64,000 nucleotides of DNA, taken from Octopus sinensis. Its lineage: Eukaryota. Each line of letters starts with the position of its first letter. Positions within the stretch are counted from its first letter, which is position 1. The position numbers and the translations under genes are program-made. The DNA lies in contig NC_043004.1 in NCBI RefSeq assembly GCF_006345805.1, forward strand, positions 103,168,001-103,232,000. The letters run 5' to 3'. Below are positions 26,196-39,467 of the stretch, piece after piece. The notes beneath the pieces were generated by a model. That model saw nothing but the letters and a program-made list of their open reading frames with translations. It had not been told where the DNA came from and did no database searches.

Positions 26196-26391
26196 TACTT
26201 CTTTAAAAATATCTAAATCCGTTTTATACAGTGTCACGTAATTATGTACAACATAACTTCTTGCGTTGAGATACTTTTTGTTTTAGTAAAGATGTTACTT
26301 ATTTCCTTGGGCAATTAAAGAATGAACCCGTCAGTTAACTGCGGCAGTTGATGACAAGTGCGCTAGTAAAATCAAAACTTACATGGATCTA

Positions 26392-27235
26392 TCAGGTCAT
26401 CCCACAAGTTCTGTCCGAATTTTGAATAAAGAAAACAAGAGATCAAATGTTATATTTAATTGAAATTTAATCATCAATGTACTTTCCTTGATTATCTATG
26501 ACTGCCTTCCATCTATTTACAAGCTTTTTAATCCCATCAATGTAAAACTCTTTTGGTTTCAACGCGAAAACTCTGATATGTCAGTTTCGACCTCCTCTTG
26601 GCTTGCGAAAGTTATGTCCCCAAAATGATTCTGTAAACTACGAAATAAATGGTAGTCTGAAGGAGCAAGGTCGGGAGAATAAGGTGGATGAGGAATTTTT
26701 TCCCAACCAAGCTCTTCGATCTTCTGTGATGTGATCTTTGCAGTGTGGGGTCGCACATTGGCCTGGTGAAACATCTCTCATTTTCGATTCACTAAAGGAT
26801 TCTTTTTTCTTCAAAGCTTGGCTCAAACGCTCTAATTGCTGACAGTAGACTTGAGCATTGATTGTTGTATTAGGTGGTAACAATTTAAAATGAATTACCC
26901 CTTGCAATCCCTCCAGATAGAGAGAAGAAACTTTTTCTCATGAAGTTCCTTTCTCGGTTGTAGTTGAGCTTTTTCCCTTTTACCAAACCACTGTTTACGA
27001 CGTTTAACATTTTGACAGAAGATCCATTTTTCGTCACCAGTCACAAGTCTTTCCAAAAAGTGTGAAATGAGTTTGCGAGAATGGAGAGAAGAACAGATGT
27101 CAACTCGGGATTTGCTGTTGCTTTCGGACAATTCATGGGGTACCCATTTTCCAAGTTTAGGAACCTTTCCAAGTTGTTGAAGATGACTATGAACAGTTGT
27201 ATGGTTTGAACTAAGCTTTATTGCCAAGTTTTCAA
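26392..27235 (-). mobile_element. Mariner transposase remnant, frameshifted, one TIR retained
   Basis: Motifs WVPHEL, TGDEKW, HQANVRPH (second catalytic D lost) and YSPDLAPSDY. TA|TCAGGTCATCCC terminus at 26390. The N-terminus is replaced by the element at 27248. Confidence 0.9.
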
Positions 27236-27247
27236 ATGTATGTATAG

Positions 27248-27858
27248 GGTGAAATCAATTAGTTTGGAATAATCATTAATTTCACCAAGTAGATTTCGGC
27301 ATGTAAAAGCCCAATTCGAGGAAGGTTTAAGTAATACTAAGTAATTAAGGGTTTAGCAACGATTTGCCTCACCACACACCGAATTTAGAAATAGCAGTCA
27401 AAGAGTTATGGCTATTCTTTCTACTTAAAAGGGAGATCTCAGTAAAACCACAGCACTTAAAAGGCAAACGCAGGCAAAAGAGAAAGAAATGACGACAATC
27501 ATTCTATATTAAGTCACCTACGGACGTACGTTTCGAAATTAAGTCTTAGGAAAGCATAAAAATTAGATAATTATGTCTTACCCGACTATGTTTCTCTTCA
27601 GCGTAGGAATCTACAATTATGAATAATTGTGTATTAAATTTGGAGGCACTAGAAGACATCACCTCAACTCATGGTATCAGAGCGAGCGTAAGCCGTTACC
27701 AGTACCACCAAATTCAAAGTGTGAATGAAAGTTTGTGTCACCAACCTCCTCCCACCAGCGTGCTCCCTTTTAAGTAGAAAGAATAGCCATAACTCTTTGA
27801 CTGCTATTTCTAAATTCGGTGTGTGGTGAGGCAAATCGTTGCTAAACCCTTAATTACT
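27248..27858 (-). mobile_element. Penelope pLTR-type non-coding element with a 96-bp inverted repeat and a hammerhead
   Basis: Inverted arms at 27340-27435 and 27763-27858, plus a one-sided extension at 27248-27339. Homologous to the element at 48700-49232. Confidence 0.8.
27517..27607 (-). ncRNA. Intact type I hammerhead ribozyme with extended stem II
   Basis: Minus strand reads CCTACG-CTGAAGA-GAAA...(long stem II)...TTTC-GAAAC-GTAC-GTC|CGTAGG. Stem I is perfect, the core is canonical and stem III (ACGTACGT) is palindromic. Confidence 0.9.
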
Positions 27859-27907
27859 ATATATATATATTATATATATATATATATATATATGTATATG
27901 TATCTAT

Positions 27908-28080
27908 AGGCGTAGGAGTGACTGTGTGGTAAGTAGCTTGCTTATGAACTACATGGTTCCGGGTTCAGTCCCACTGCGTGGCACCTTGGACAAGTGTCAT
28001 CTACTATAGCCTTAGGCCGACCAAAGCCTTGTGAGTGGATTGGTAGATGGAAACTGAAAGAAGCCCGTCGTATATATGTA

Positions 28081-28178
<98 letters not shown>

Positions 28179-28354
28179 ATATATATTATATATATGTGCG
28201 TGGGTGGGTGTCTGTGGTTGTCACCCCAACATCGCTTGACAACCGATGCTGCTGTGTTTACGCCCCCGTAACTTAGCGGTTCGGCAAAAGAGAACGATAG
28301 AATAAGTACTAGGCTTACAAAGAATAAGTCCTGGCGTCGATTTGCTCGACCAAA
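27908..28354 (+). mobile_element. SINE family A, 3' end truncated
   Basis: Head and body match family A. Confidence 0.9.
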
Positions 28355-28359
28355 GTTTC

Positions 28360-28546
28360 TGTCTTTAGGTAAAAGAAAATAGAGGAGGATCAGTTAATTA
28401 TGATTTTATCCAATATTTTCCCTCTCAGAGCCATACACTTGTTGCAGCGGTCCTGCAGTTTTTCTAAAAGAACTCGAAAGTGTGGGCCTCCAACCAGGCC
28501 TTTCGCGACAGTTTTAAATCCACGAACTTTTGAGCACCCCCTCGTG
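28360..28546. mobile_element. Mariner-type MITE fragment
   Basis: Ends in GAACTTTTGAGCACCCCCTCGT, the reverse complement of an ACGAGGGG..AAAAGTT mariner-type TIR. Confidence 0.55.

Positions 28547-28635
<89 letters not shown>
28547..28635. repeat. (GATA)n microsatellite
   Basis: Visible directly in the sequence. Confidence 0.95.
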
Positions 28636-28884
28636 TATATCATATTATATATATAGTATTTAGAATACACACACACACATATGCAGATGACATAGAGATT
28701 GCTCACAGGCCTTCCCACTGCATCTAAGTTCGTCTGGTTATTTATAACGTATTCACCTTCTTCCTTTTCTTCTTTTTTCTTTATTTTTTTCCTTTACTTT
28801 TATCCTCTTCTTTCCTTATTACCTGAAGGATATCTTTTGGGCTTTTGCCAACCACAATGTTCGCTTTTCCTATTGGCTGTCGAT

Positions 28885-29214
28885 TGCGGCGGCGGCGGCG
28901 GTGGGGGGGGGCAGAGGCTTTGAGGCGCGGCGGCGGGAGAGAGTCTTTCAGGGACGGCGGCGGTAGCGCTGGTGGTGAGGCTGCTGGTGATGGCAGTGGT
29001 GGAGGCGATGGTGGAAGCGGCTGCGGCGGTGGTGGTTGTGTTGGTGGTGGTGGTGGTGGTGGTGGTGGTGTTGGTGGTGGTGGTGGTGGTGTGGTGGTGG
29101 TGGTGGTGGTGGTGGTTGTGTTGGTGGTGGTGGTGGTGGTGGTGGTGGTGCGGTGGTGCTGGTGGTGGTGGTGGTGGTGGTGGTAATGATGAAGATACCG
29201 ACGACGACGACGAC

Positions 29215-29249
<35 letters not shown>

Positions 29250-29250
29250 C
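28885..29250. repeat. GC-rich trinucleotide low-complexity tract (GGC, GGT, GAT)
   Basis: Visible directly. It may be exonic (see findings). Confidence 0.9.
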
Positions 29251-29317
29251 TTATCCCCGTTTCCATCCTCGTCCACTATTTCTTTAACAAGTTTAGATCA
29301 CATTTCTTTTCATGTGT

Positions 29318-29348
<31 letters not shown>

Positions 29349-29904
29349 TCCATTTTTCATTTTTTCTTTTGGATATGGTGGGTGGAGGGGACAGACAGAG
29401 GATTTTACCTTCAGGTCGACTAAACCTTAGAATTACGTAATAAAAGAGAACGGATGCAATAGAAGACGGAATCTCTGCCGAAGTTGCTGCTATCTTATAC
29501 ACGTGCCAACGGTTCCATTGCTGGTGAACTTGCAATCGCTCGAAAAACCTCTTTGGCAGACGTCCAAGTTCTATTATTCTTCCAGAAAACACCGGCACTT
29601 TTTTGTACATAGAACCACGTGAAATGAGTAGGTTGGCAGAATCGTTTAGATCGTCTGACAAAATGCTTTGCATCGGTGTATAGTTGACATCCTTTACATT
29701 CTGAGTTCAAATTCTGCCCTGATTAATGTCGGCTTTCATCTTTTCAAGGTTGATGATATAAAGTAACAGCCAAGTTCTGGAATCGAGTTAATATTCCTTA
29801 TGACACAGTCTAGATGCGAATGGAATTATAATAGAAGAGTTGCTTCTCGCAAAATCTTTATACTTAAAATCCAACATACACACAAACACACACACACACA
29901 CACG

Positions 29905-29949
<45 letters not shown>

Positions 29950-29965
29950 CACACACACACACACG

Positions 29966-30048
<83 letters not shown>

Positions 30049-30464
30049 GCACACACGCGCACACACACACACGCACACACACAGAGCCTACAAGGCGCGA
30101 TGAAATGACTGAGGTGTTTGGAAGACAGAGTCAAATCCTACCCAAGTCGAATTTGCCATCTATACCTTCAGGACTCTATAAAAATGGCCACCGGTTGTTG
30201 TTTAGTCCAAGAGCAACGTTGATCAGAAAAACTATGATCAAAAGCGTTCCAGAACGTGACCTCCATATGATGAGTAGTTCTAATGTTCTCTATCTGTAGC
30301 CTACTCTTCCTAGTTGTAGGCCGCCATTCGCATCTATTTTAGCGCGGGTTGTTCTCAATGAGCGTTGCCGATGATTAAGGCCGGTCGGCTGCTTTGCATC
30401 AAGTCATGAAATCTGTTTCTTGGCTTGTGATGGGGAAGCTTACAGAAACCTAATTCTCCACAGA

Positions 30465-30860
30465 AGCAAACACACAAGCATACACACATACATACATACA
30501 GACAGACAGGCAGACAGACAGACAGATACACACACATACATACATACATACATACATACTTACATACATACATACATACATACATACGTACATGCATACA
30601 TACATACATACATACGTACACCATACACACATACATACATACATACATACACACATACATACATACATACATACATACATACATACATACACCATACACA
30701 CATACAAACATACATACATACATGCATACATACATACATACATACACCATACACACATACATACATACATACATACATACATACATACATACATACATAC
30801 ATACATACGTACATACATACATACATACATACACACATACACACATATATACATACATAG
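30465..30860. repeat. (ACAT)n microsatellite with periodic CACCATACACAC interruptions
   Basis: Visible directly in the sequence. Confidence 0.9.
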
Positions 30861-30977
30861 AAACAAACAAAAATCCCTGCTGTTGATGTCGAAATTTCAA
30901 TGAAAGAGCCTTGAATCATGATTAGAAACCGATTCTTTCTCTATTGGCATGAAATCTTGAAATAAAACTGAACAATG

Positions 30978-31310
30978 AGTTCAGTCCCACTGCGTGGTAC
31001 CTTAGGGAAGTGTCTTCTACTATAGCCCCGGGCCGAGCAAAGCTTTGTGAGTGGATTTGGTAGACGGAAACTGAAAGAAACCCGTCGTATATATGTATAT
31101 ATATGTGTGTGTGTGTGCTTGTGTCTGTGTTTGTCCCCCTAACATCCACTTGACAACTGATGCTGGTGTGTTTACAATCCCGTAACTTAGCGGTTCGGCT
31201 TAAGAAACCGATAGAATAAGTACTAGGCTTACAAAGAATAAGTCCTGGTGTCGATTTGCTCCAGTATGGCCGCAGTCACATGACTGAAACAAGTAAAAGA
31301 GTAAAAGAGA
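30978..31310 (+). mobile_element. SINE family A with truncated head
   Basis: Starts at the B-box. Its tail supplies the spurious N-terminus of ORF 31256. Confidence 0.85.
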
Positions 31311-31322
31311 ATGACATACATA

Positions 31323-32975
31323 CACGGGAACTGGGATGCGGGACGAGCGTGTCAGCATATGCGGACGATGTCACCGTCATAGTGTCGAGCGACAAACACA
31401 TCCAGCTGATAGGCGAGACACTAAGAAAATACGAAACGGTGACGGGAGCGAAGATTAACCCGGAAAAGTCAGTGGGTTTGCTACTCGGCACCTGGAGAAG
31501 CAAGCCCATGCCGTCCAACTGTGGCTCAGTAGTGGGACGCTGGACGGACGGACCGGTTAAATTGCTCGGGGTCTGGTTCAGTCCGGACCTCCAAATGGAT
31601 AAGAACTGGGACGAGATCACGAGTAGAGTGGTCGCTCTCAGCCAAACATGGGCCGAGAGAAAGCTGTCTCTAAAAGGCCGGGCGGAGGTGGCGAACGCGT
31701 ACATCGCATCCGTCATCGATTACCGCCTGACCGTCGTACCTTGTCCCGACGCCACCATTTGCTGTCAACATCCGTTGAATGGAGGACTGGGCATGCCGTG
31801 GTTGATGATGCGCAGGCATGCGCTGAGACTGCGGCATCTCTGGAACTTCATCGACGACGGTGAACAGATGTGGGTGCCGTTTGTGAGGTGCGCCTTCCTG
31901 CAGCTCGTCTCACTGACCGAACTGCAATCGTGGATCAAGAAGAGACCGAAACTGGGCGATTGGCACCGAGAGTGTCGCCAAGCTCTACAGCAGCTCTGCC
32001 GACCGGGGTCAAACTTGTGCAACTTACAAACGACTAAAGCGTTCTATAGAGGACTAGTGGAGGGGAGGTCCGACGACACACTCGGGGCAAACCTGGGCGT
32101 CGACGAGAAATTCCTAACCCGCCTGTTCAGGACGACGTTCGGGCGGGGGCCTATAGATAACTTCCAGAAATCCCTGGCTTGGCAGTGCTATCGAGACGCA
32201 CTACCTGTTCGAGAGAAGAGCTACAGGCATGGTTCGAAAACCATCACCGGACCGACCTGCCCGAGATGCGGTCAGAGCGACGAAACCGTTCTGCACGCAC
32301 TCGTGCAGTGTCCAGATATTTCAGAGCTGTGGACCTTCGTCGAACAGCTGTTGTCACGTGTAGGTCGGGCCCGCCTATCGGCCGAGTCTATCGTGAGTAT
32401 TGTTCCACCACCTTCCTTTAAACGGGAAGGGAAAACGGTTTTCGTTACGCTGATGGCTATGGCGAAAGAATGTGTGTGGTGGACGCGTTTGAAAGGACTG
32501 CAAACAAACACCTTCCTCTCTGGTCAGTCTCTCGTCAACTTTTTCAAGTACCACTTGAAAAGGAGGATGAGAATAGAGAGGAAGGCTTTGTCGAACGAAT
32601 GTTTTAATAAAAAGTGGGTAAAAGTGGCAAAAATGGTCAGTATAAAAGACGACACTATTTTAAGCATAAATCTGTAAGCAAAAGAGACAACGAGAAGTAA
32701 GGCGACTTACTCATGTGTTCTTTTTCGAACTGTCTGAGGTGACCTTGGTCTTTTTTGTAGGTTTTTCTTTCCAAGGCTACACCTAAACTGTGAACTTTAT
32801 ATATATATATTGCTTTTTTATACACCACACAACCCACAGATCCCTATTGATCAAACGTTTTATTTTTGTTTTTGTTTTTTGTGCCCCACCCATCCCACCT
32901 CGAAAAGAAAAAATTCTACATTGTATTTCGTCCATTTTTATTCTGTGTTTAGCCCTGTGTGGCTACAATAAAAAG

Positions 32976-32976
<1 letters not shown>
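31323..32976 (+). mobile_element. 5'-truncated Tx1/L1-clade LINE (RT C-terminal half, zf-RVT, 3' UTR)
   Basis: Open frame to 32677 containing SAYADDVT, GAKINPEKS, LSLKGRAEV, GGLGMP and CPRCGQSDETVLHALVQC. An apparent in-frame deletion follows VVPCPD. AATAAA at 32967 is followed by (TCTA)n. Confidence 0.92.
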
Positions 32977-33605
<629 letters not shown>

Positions 33606-34831
33606 ATAGGAAGCTATGTTTTCTTTTCTGATAAAATTTTATTCCAAATTTATCTTTTTAATGATTAAATTTCTTTTTTATAATAATAACAACGTATTTG
33701 AAAATATTTGCTGAACGAGATATACTGTTAACATTACACTTGGTAAACTGCGTGACGCTAAGTACAGTTCCCAATAGAGTTGAATTGCATCAATTTATAA
33801 ATATATGGTTGCTTTTCTGTGTCAGCAAAAAGACGCGAAAATATCAAAGGTTATACTTTTAGAGAATCTGTACCGAATATTGGTGAACAACACTTATCAG
33901 GCTGTAAATGGAAGACAGCCCAACACAGTGTTATGCAGTACGCTACGAATTGTAACTGTCTCTTTTCATTTTCTAATGTTTCGATTGTACCAACAAGGCA
34001 GTTTTTAGTCAGCTAATAGCGGCGACTCATAAATAACCAGTTTCTTGAACGTGTCCCGGTATTTTCAGGGCTTGGAAAAAGCTGGAAGCCTCTAGCGATG
34101 ATGGGTCCACCGTGGTCAAGGGAAAAAAGATTTTCAGAGGTCAGAGACGTCTTTAGGATGGTCAAGTTTCTCTAGGTCTTGGTCATTATCAACGATAAGA
34201 ACTATCGCCGTGCAAGTCAAAGGAGAGAAGTCCACAATCGGAAGTGTGGTGCATGTACGCACAAATCCACCGAGATGAGGAGAGAACAGTTTGTGTCTGA
34301 CAAAATCAATGAGAATTGTGATGGTGGAGGTCTGAATATCATGTGAAGTGACTTTTTACTTTCCGTGATTCGAAACCCTTGCATTGGACTGCTGCGTCTG
34401 GAATGTCGTTGAGAGTGGGGTGGTTCTACGATTCCAAAACTCATTGGGGGTAGTGACATGGTGGGCGTGGGGAGTGGAGTGGTTTAGTGGAGCCCAACTA
34501 ATCTTGACATGCTAATCTTCAGTTGCCACATCAGAGGCATCATTAGAGCTGAGGGTAATGATGATAGATGAAGAAACGAGCGACTTACCTCCGACTTTTC
34601 AGCTGAAGAGAGTGTTGCTTATAGTGTCTAACCTCTTTCCACATCCCCAGCCTCACAGACCTTAGCGTATCTCTACTTCCAAAAACACATTTTCCATTGC
34701 TGGGCTGAGAGCAGTTTTGTTGAACAACGTGCTTCTTTGGTGTTTCTTTTGAATATGTGAACCATTGTTGTGGAGCTATGTTTTTTCTGCTTAGTGTCTT
34801 TGTTTTTCTTGTGTAACACCTTGCTCTCGGT

Positions 34832-35040
34832 AAGGCGACGAGCTGGCAGAAGTGTTAGTACTCCAAGTTAAATGCTTAGCAGCATTTCGTCCGTCTTCAC
34901 GTTCTGAGTTCAAATTCCTCCGAGGTCGATTTTGCCTTTCATCCTTCCAGGGACAGTAAAATAAGTACCAATTTCAACACTGGGGTCGATGTAATCGACT
35001 TAATCCCTCCCCGAAATTGCTGGCCTAGTGCCAAAATTTG
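34832..35040 (+). mobile_element. SINE family C
   Basis: Family C head and body. Confidence 0.8.
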
Positions 35041-35879
35041 TTCTCGGTTGCTTGGTGTGTCCTGTATTCTTAGTTGGATTTTAAAGAAATTATTCGTCAT
35101 ATACACCCTTGTATTGAAATAATATATCGCATTCCCACAAATACTAAAGAACTTATTTCTTAATCAAACCAACTGCTGGTTCTTTCAATTATTCAAGCTT
35201 GTTTCACCTGAAGAATATTCCATGGAACTATCAGAAGTTTTTGAAACGTATTAGTTGTTGCAGAACTGAAATTAGGTGTTTAAAACAGAAAACATAATTA
35301 AACTTCTGCCGCAGTTGTCTTCAATATTTTGTCTTATTTAAAAAATAAAAATAAATATAAAGTTTGACATGAATTTTATTTTATTTTATTTCCTTTCATT
35401 TTATTTATTATTATTATTGTTGTTGTTTTTGTTGTTTGGCTATCAAGTTACGAATGTTAAAAAAATTAGATGCTAAATAGATTAACGAGCTTATTGAAGA
35501 TTATTCAAATTGCTTCAATATCTGGAAGAAATATTCAACTTTGACAGAAATTCAACACCCATTTTAGACAATTCCTTACTAAAATACTAACATGTTTGCT
35601 GAAGTATCTTGGAGTTTTAGACCTAAATGAGAAATTACATTTAAATATGGTTGACTTTTGTCATGAAAGAACAGTAATTAAAACAACTATGAACCGATCC
35701 AAAATTTTCAACTTTTTACAAAAACCCAACAAAAATTCGGGCAGCGAATTGACAGTGTCGTCAGAGCATCAGTTAGAAGGTCTCAAGGTTCCAATATCTG
35801 AGTTCCAATATCACCGGCCTTAATTTTGCCTTTCATCCTTTCAGGAATGGTAAAAAGAATAAAGAAAGAAGTACCAATC

Positions 35880-36160
35880 CTGGGTGGTACCTATTTTAAA
35901 AAAAAACTTGGAAGTTATTCTATCGGATCTCTTATGCCGAACCGCTAAATTACGAGGAGGTAAACACTCTAACACCGGTTGTCTACCAGCGGTGGTGGGG
36001 GCGAACACAGACTCAAAAACACGCACAAATATCTGCGACGGACTTCTTTCAGTTTCCGTATACCAAATCCACTCGCAAGGTTTTGATCCCACGCTGTGGG
36101 AATGAATTCCGAACAATGTGATTGTGAAGTAGACTTCTTACCATACAGCCACGCCTGCGG
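35880..36160 (-). mobile_element. Diverged SINE family A
   Basis: Homologous to family A. Confidence 0.7.
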
Positions 36161-36879
36161 CATGGAATGGTATATGTCTTTTAAAATGCTTTCATATCAT
36201 GAAATAAGTTTTGAAAATCATATGCCTTGCACTTTGCTACATGTCTGTGTGCGTGTGTGTGTGTGTTTGTGTGTGTGCGTGTGTGTGTGTGCGTGCGTGC
36301 GTGTGTGTGTGTGTGTTTGTGTGTGTGTATGTGTGTGTTTGTGTGTGTGTATGTGTGTGTGTTGAGTTTTTTTTTAAGGCGTTGCCTCAGTATGGCTGTA
36401 TTGCATTGACTGAAACGAGTAGACACGTAAAAGAATAAAAGGCTAACCTCAGCAGCAAACTGTAAACGGTGTTTAAATGTAATCAATTCCAAACGGGGTG
36501 GGGGTGGGGGGATGAAAGAAACAGATGTTCATTTGAACTAATGAAGTGTGAGCTTTAAGATATATTTCAACGTAAGAAAAAATTGTTGAAATTTTTTTCA
36601 GAAAATAATAAATAAATAAATGATATTCTTTTGCTGAAATACGCAAAAAGTCAGGCGAACATAGTTGAAAAAACAAAAATTAAAACTACTCAGACCTTAT
36701 AAATTAAACGTATTACTGACATATTCAATAAAGAAATGGCAAGAATATGGAAATAAATACTTGTTTCAACACTGTTTACAACAACAACACCGAAGTATCC
36801 TAAGATTCCAGGAATAACATAGACAATTTAAATTAAGAGAGAAAGATTATACGTGTAAAGTTGTAGAAGCGCTTCTATC

Positions 36880-37505
36880 ACCTTCCCTTAGGCGCCGTAT
36901 CACCTTCCTTGAGGAATGTGGTAATTTTGGGTTGTGATGTCTGTTGCTTGTTGACCTTAACTCACTGCTGACTCGTTCACTTGGCAATTTCCATACGGAC
37001 TTTATAGTACCTCTAATTGTATCAGTTTTCTTCCAAAGCGCTAGGACATCCGGCCAGAATATGTTTCAGAGTACAAAATTATGTTTGACACCGCTTGTAA
37101 GAAAGGGTTTTGCTTTCCCTAGATTTTAAGGTCATTTGGGAGTTAACAAGAGGTTAGCTACAGCTTTTCTTAGTCAGTATTCGCAAGTTATCTTCAGTAT
37201 AGTGGTTGCTCTAATGTTTGGTCCCACTGTATCCCACTGTCCCTGGCAAGCAAACTCCATGACTTTTACGTAGCGATTTTCCCTTGTTCAGGCTGTCCGT
37301 ACTATGAGCCTTCTCTTGCCCCTGGCATTGGCATTGCTTCACTTCTCGATGTAGTGGTTGCCAAATTTTAACTGTCCACCACAGACCATGCCAACAATTT
37401 CCTAGTGTTTCCCGTATGCCCCATCTTCTTTCCGAGGGCTTCCACTTCCTGCCTTTCTTTTGGTTCATCTTCGTATATCTGATTCTCTCATGCCCTTGAG
37501 AAATG
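36880..37505 (-). mobile_element. Degraded HERO/R2-group non-LTR retrotransposon, C-terminal fragment
   Basis: Minus strand gives KKGRKWKP, CQGQW (compare QQGAW) and LKHILAGCPSALEEN*YN*R (compare LEHILSxCxxALxxGRYxWRH zinc knuckle). Confidence 0.6.
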
Positions 37506-38448
37506 TAATGTGTGTGTGTGTGTGTGTGTGTGTGTATTCTTCTATTTGTTTCAGTCATTGCACAGCCATGTGTTGTACAATCACAACTTTGAGGGATTTG
37601 ATCAAGCGAAACGTCTCCAGTATTAATATGTTCTTTTTATCTATCGTTCTTTTTATCGCAACTGCTAAGTTACTAGAACTTCAACTCTCCAAGATTGACA
37701 GCCAAACGGTGGCATACACATGCACACACATGCATATGCACACATACATACGTACATACATACATATATGCATACATACATACATACATACATACATACA
37801 TACATACATACATACATACATACATACATACATACGTACGTACATACATACATACATACACAGATTAGGTGTGATTTTGTGGATACGGTCATATTTCTGT
37901 GGAAGACGTTACACATGATTAACAGCTGCCCAGAAATATCAACAAAGTACTACGTCCCTTTACGATACGACGTTACAAGAAAAAAGTCAGTTCTGGAAGA
38001 AATGTAGAGAATACTATGTTATTGAATTCATACACAAACATCAACACAAGGAATATTGGTGGAACATTCTCGTTCAAACATTTCCGAGAAGCGTAAACCT
38101 AAAAGGCTGGATATTGTTGTTTGGAACAGGCACAAACGTTTACACTGTAATAGGAGATAGATGTTCTGCTGATGAGAGCATGGAGATATAGATATATAGA
38201 TATGTAAACATGATAATAATAGAATATAGATAAAAATAATAATAAATCTCTGAACGAGATGTAAACAGTAACCGCTCGACAACATAAAGTATACTAGCCA
38301 TCGCAATATGGCTAACCACTAGGGGTGGGTGTTACTGTAGCTTTTTAGCCCCAGGAGATCATCGTATCCAGCTGGCTTTGGACACAATTTCTGTGCCCTT
38401 ATGATATTTGCAAAGGGAGGTCATCCCCTCTCGTAAACCTAAGTGATA

Positions 38449-38493
38449 CGCACGGACTCCAGTTTCGAGATTATTGTCTCTTGTCAACACACG
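38449..38493 (-). ncRNA. Type I hammerhead ribozyme (U3-A8 core variant), inverted copy
   Basis: Minus strand reads CGTGTG-TTGACAA-GAGA(CAATAA)TCTC-GAAAC-TGGA-GTC|CGTGCG. Confidence 0.75.
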
Positions 38494-38730
38494 GTAATCA
38501 CGGGTTTTCGATAAGAGAGACCTGTTTGCGAATATCTATTTAATGTTTTTCCCAGTAACCACTGTCACTGATTTCGAAAAACAGTCTGAAAGCGCTTACT
38601 GTTTACATCTCGTTCAGAGATTTATTATTGCTTTCAGACCGTTTTTCGAAATCAGTGACAGTGGTTACTGGGAAAAACGTTAAATAGATATTCGCAAACA
38701 GGTCTCTCCTCATCGAAAACCGGTGATTAC

Positions 38731-38775
38731 CGTGCGTTGACAAGAGACAATAATCTCGAAACTGGAGTCCGTGCG
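38731..38775 (+). ncRNA. Type I hammerhead ribozyme (U3-A8 core variant)
   Basis: CGTGCG-TTGACAA-GAGA(CAATAA)TCTC-GAAAC-TGGA-GTC|CGTGCG, with GTC at 38767-38769. Confidence 0.8.
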
Positions 38776-39089
38776 TATCACTTATGTTTACGAGAGGGGA
38801 TGACCTCCCTTTGTAAATATCATAAGGACACAGAAATTGTGTCTAAAGCCAGCTGGAGACGATGATAACCTGGGGCTAAAAAGCTACAGTAACACCCACC
38901 CCTAGTGGTTAGCCATATTGAGATGGCTAGTATACTTTACGATAAAAATAATGAAATATAGAGAAAGACGTTTTTTTTTAAATTGAAGATATGATATAGA
39001 GACAGTAATAGGCATTTAAAAAGAGTCTTGGGTAACATGTTAGAGGAAAATAAGGTGTTCCAACGATCTTATACTATAGACTCGGGATA

Positions 39090-39370
39090 TGTTAGACGGA
39101 AACTGAAAGAAGCCCGACGTAAATATATATATATATATGTATATAGCTATGAGTGTGTGTTTCTGTGTCCTTGTTTGTCCCCCATCACTGCTTGACAACC
39201 GGTGGTGGTGTGTTTATGCTCCCTTTGCGGTTCCGCAAAAGAGACTGATAGAATAATAGTAGGCTTTAAAAAAAAAAAGTCCTAGAGTCGATTCATTCGA
39301 CTAAAATCCTTCAAGACGGTGCCCCAGCATGGCCGCAGTTAAACGACTGAAACAAGTAAAAGATAAAAGA
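39090..39370 (+). mobile_element. SINE family A variant, partial
   Basis: Body and tail match family A. Confidence 0.75.
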
Positions 39371-39409
39371 TGCATACATACATACATATATATATGTATA
39401 TATATATAT

Positions 39410-39467
<58 letters not shown>

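Larger units (their letters stand above)
38241..38940. mobile_element. Retrozyme-like element, second subfamily: two ~350-nt units in inverted orientation with a 12-bp TSD
   Basis: 38241-38593 and 38596-38940 are inverted, circularly permuted copies of one unit. GATAAAAATAAT occurs at 38229-38240 and 38941-38952. Homologous to 18447-19332. Confidence 0.87.

Noticed and set aside
31256-31322. N-terminus of the 473-aa ORF as a real gene start
   Set aside because: It derives from the SINE A tail with a non-ATG start. The remainder is a truncated Tx1 RT.
34030-34830. Possible LINE ORF1/gag remnant on the minus strand
   Set aside because: No motif could be read with confidence.
35210-35255. CTGAAGA...GAAACGTA hammerhead-like cores
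   Set aside because: Stems I and II do not pair convincingly.
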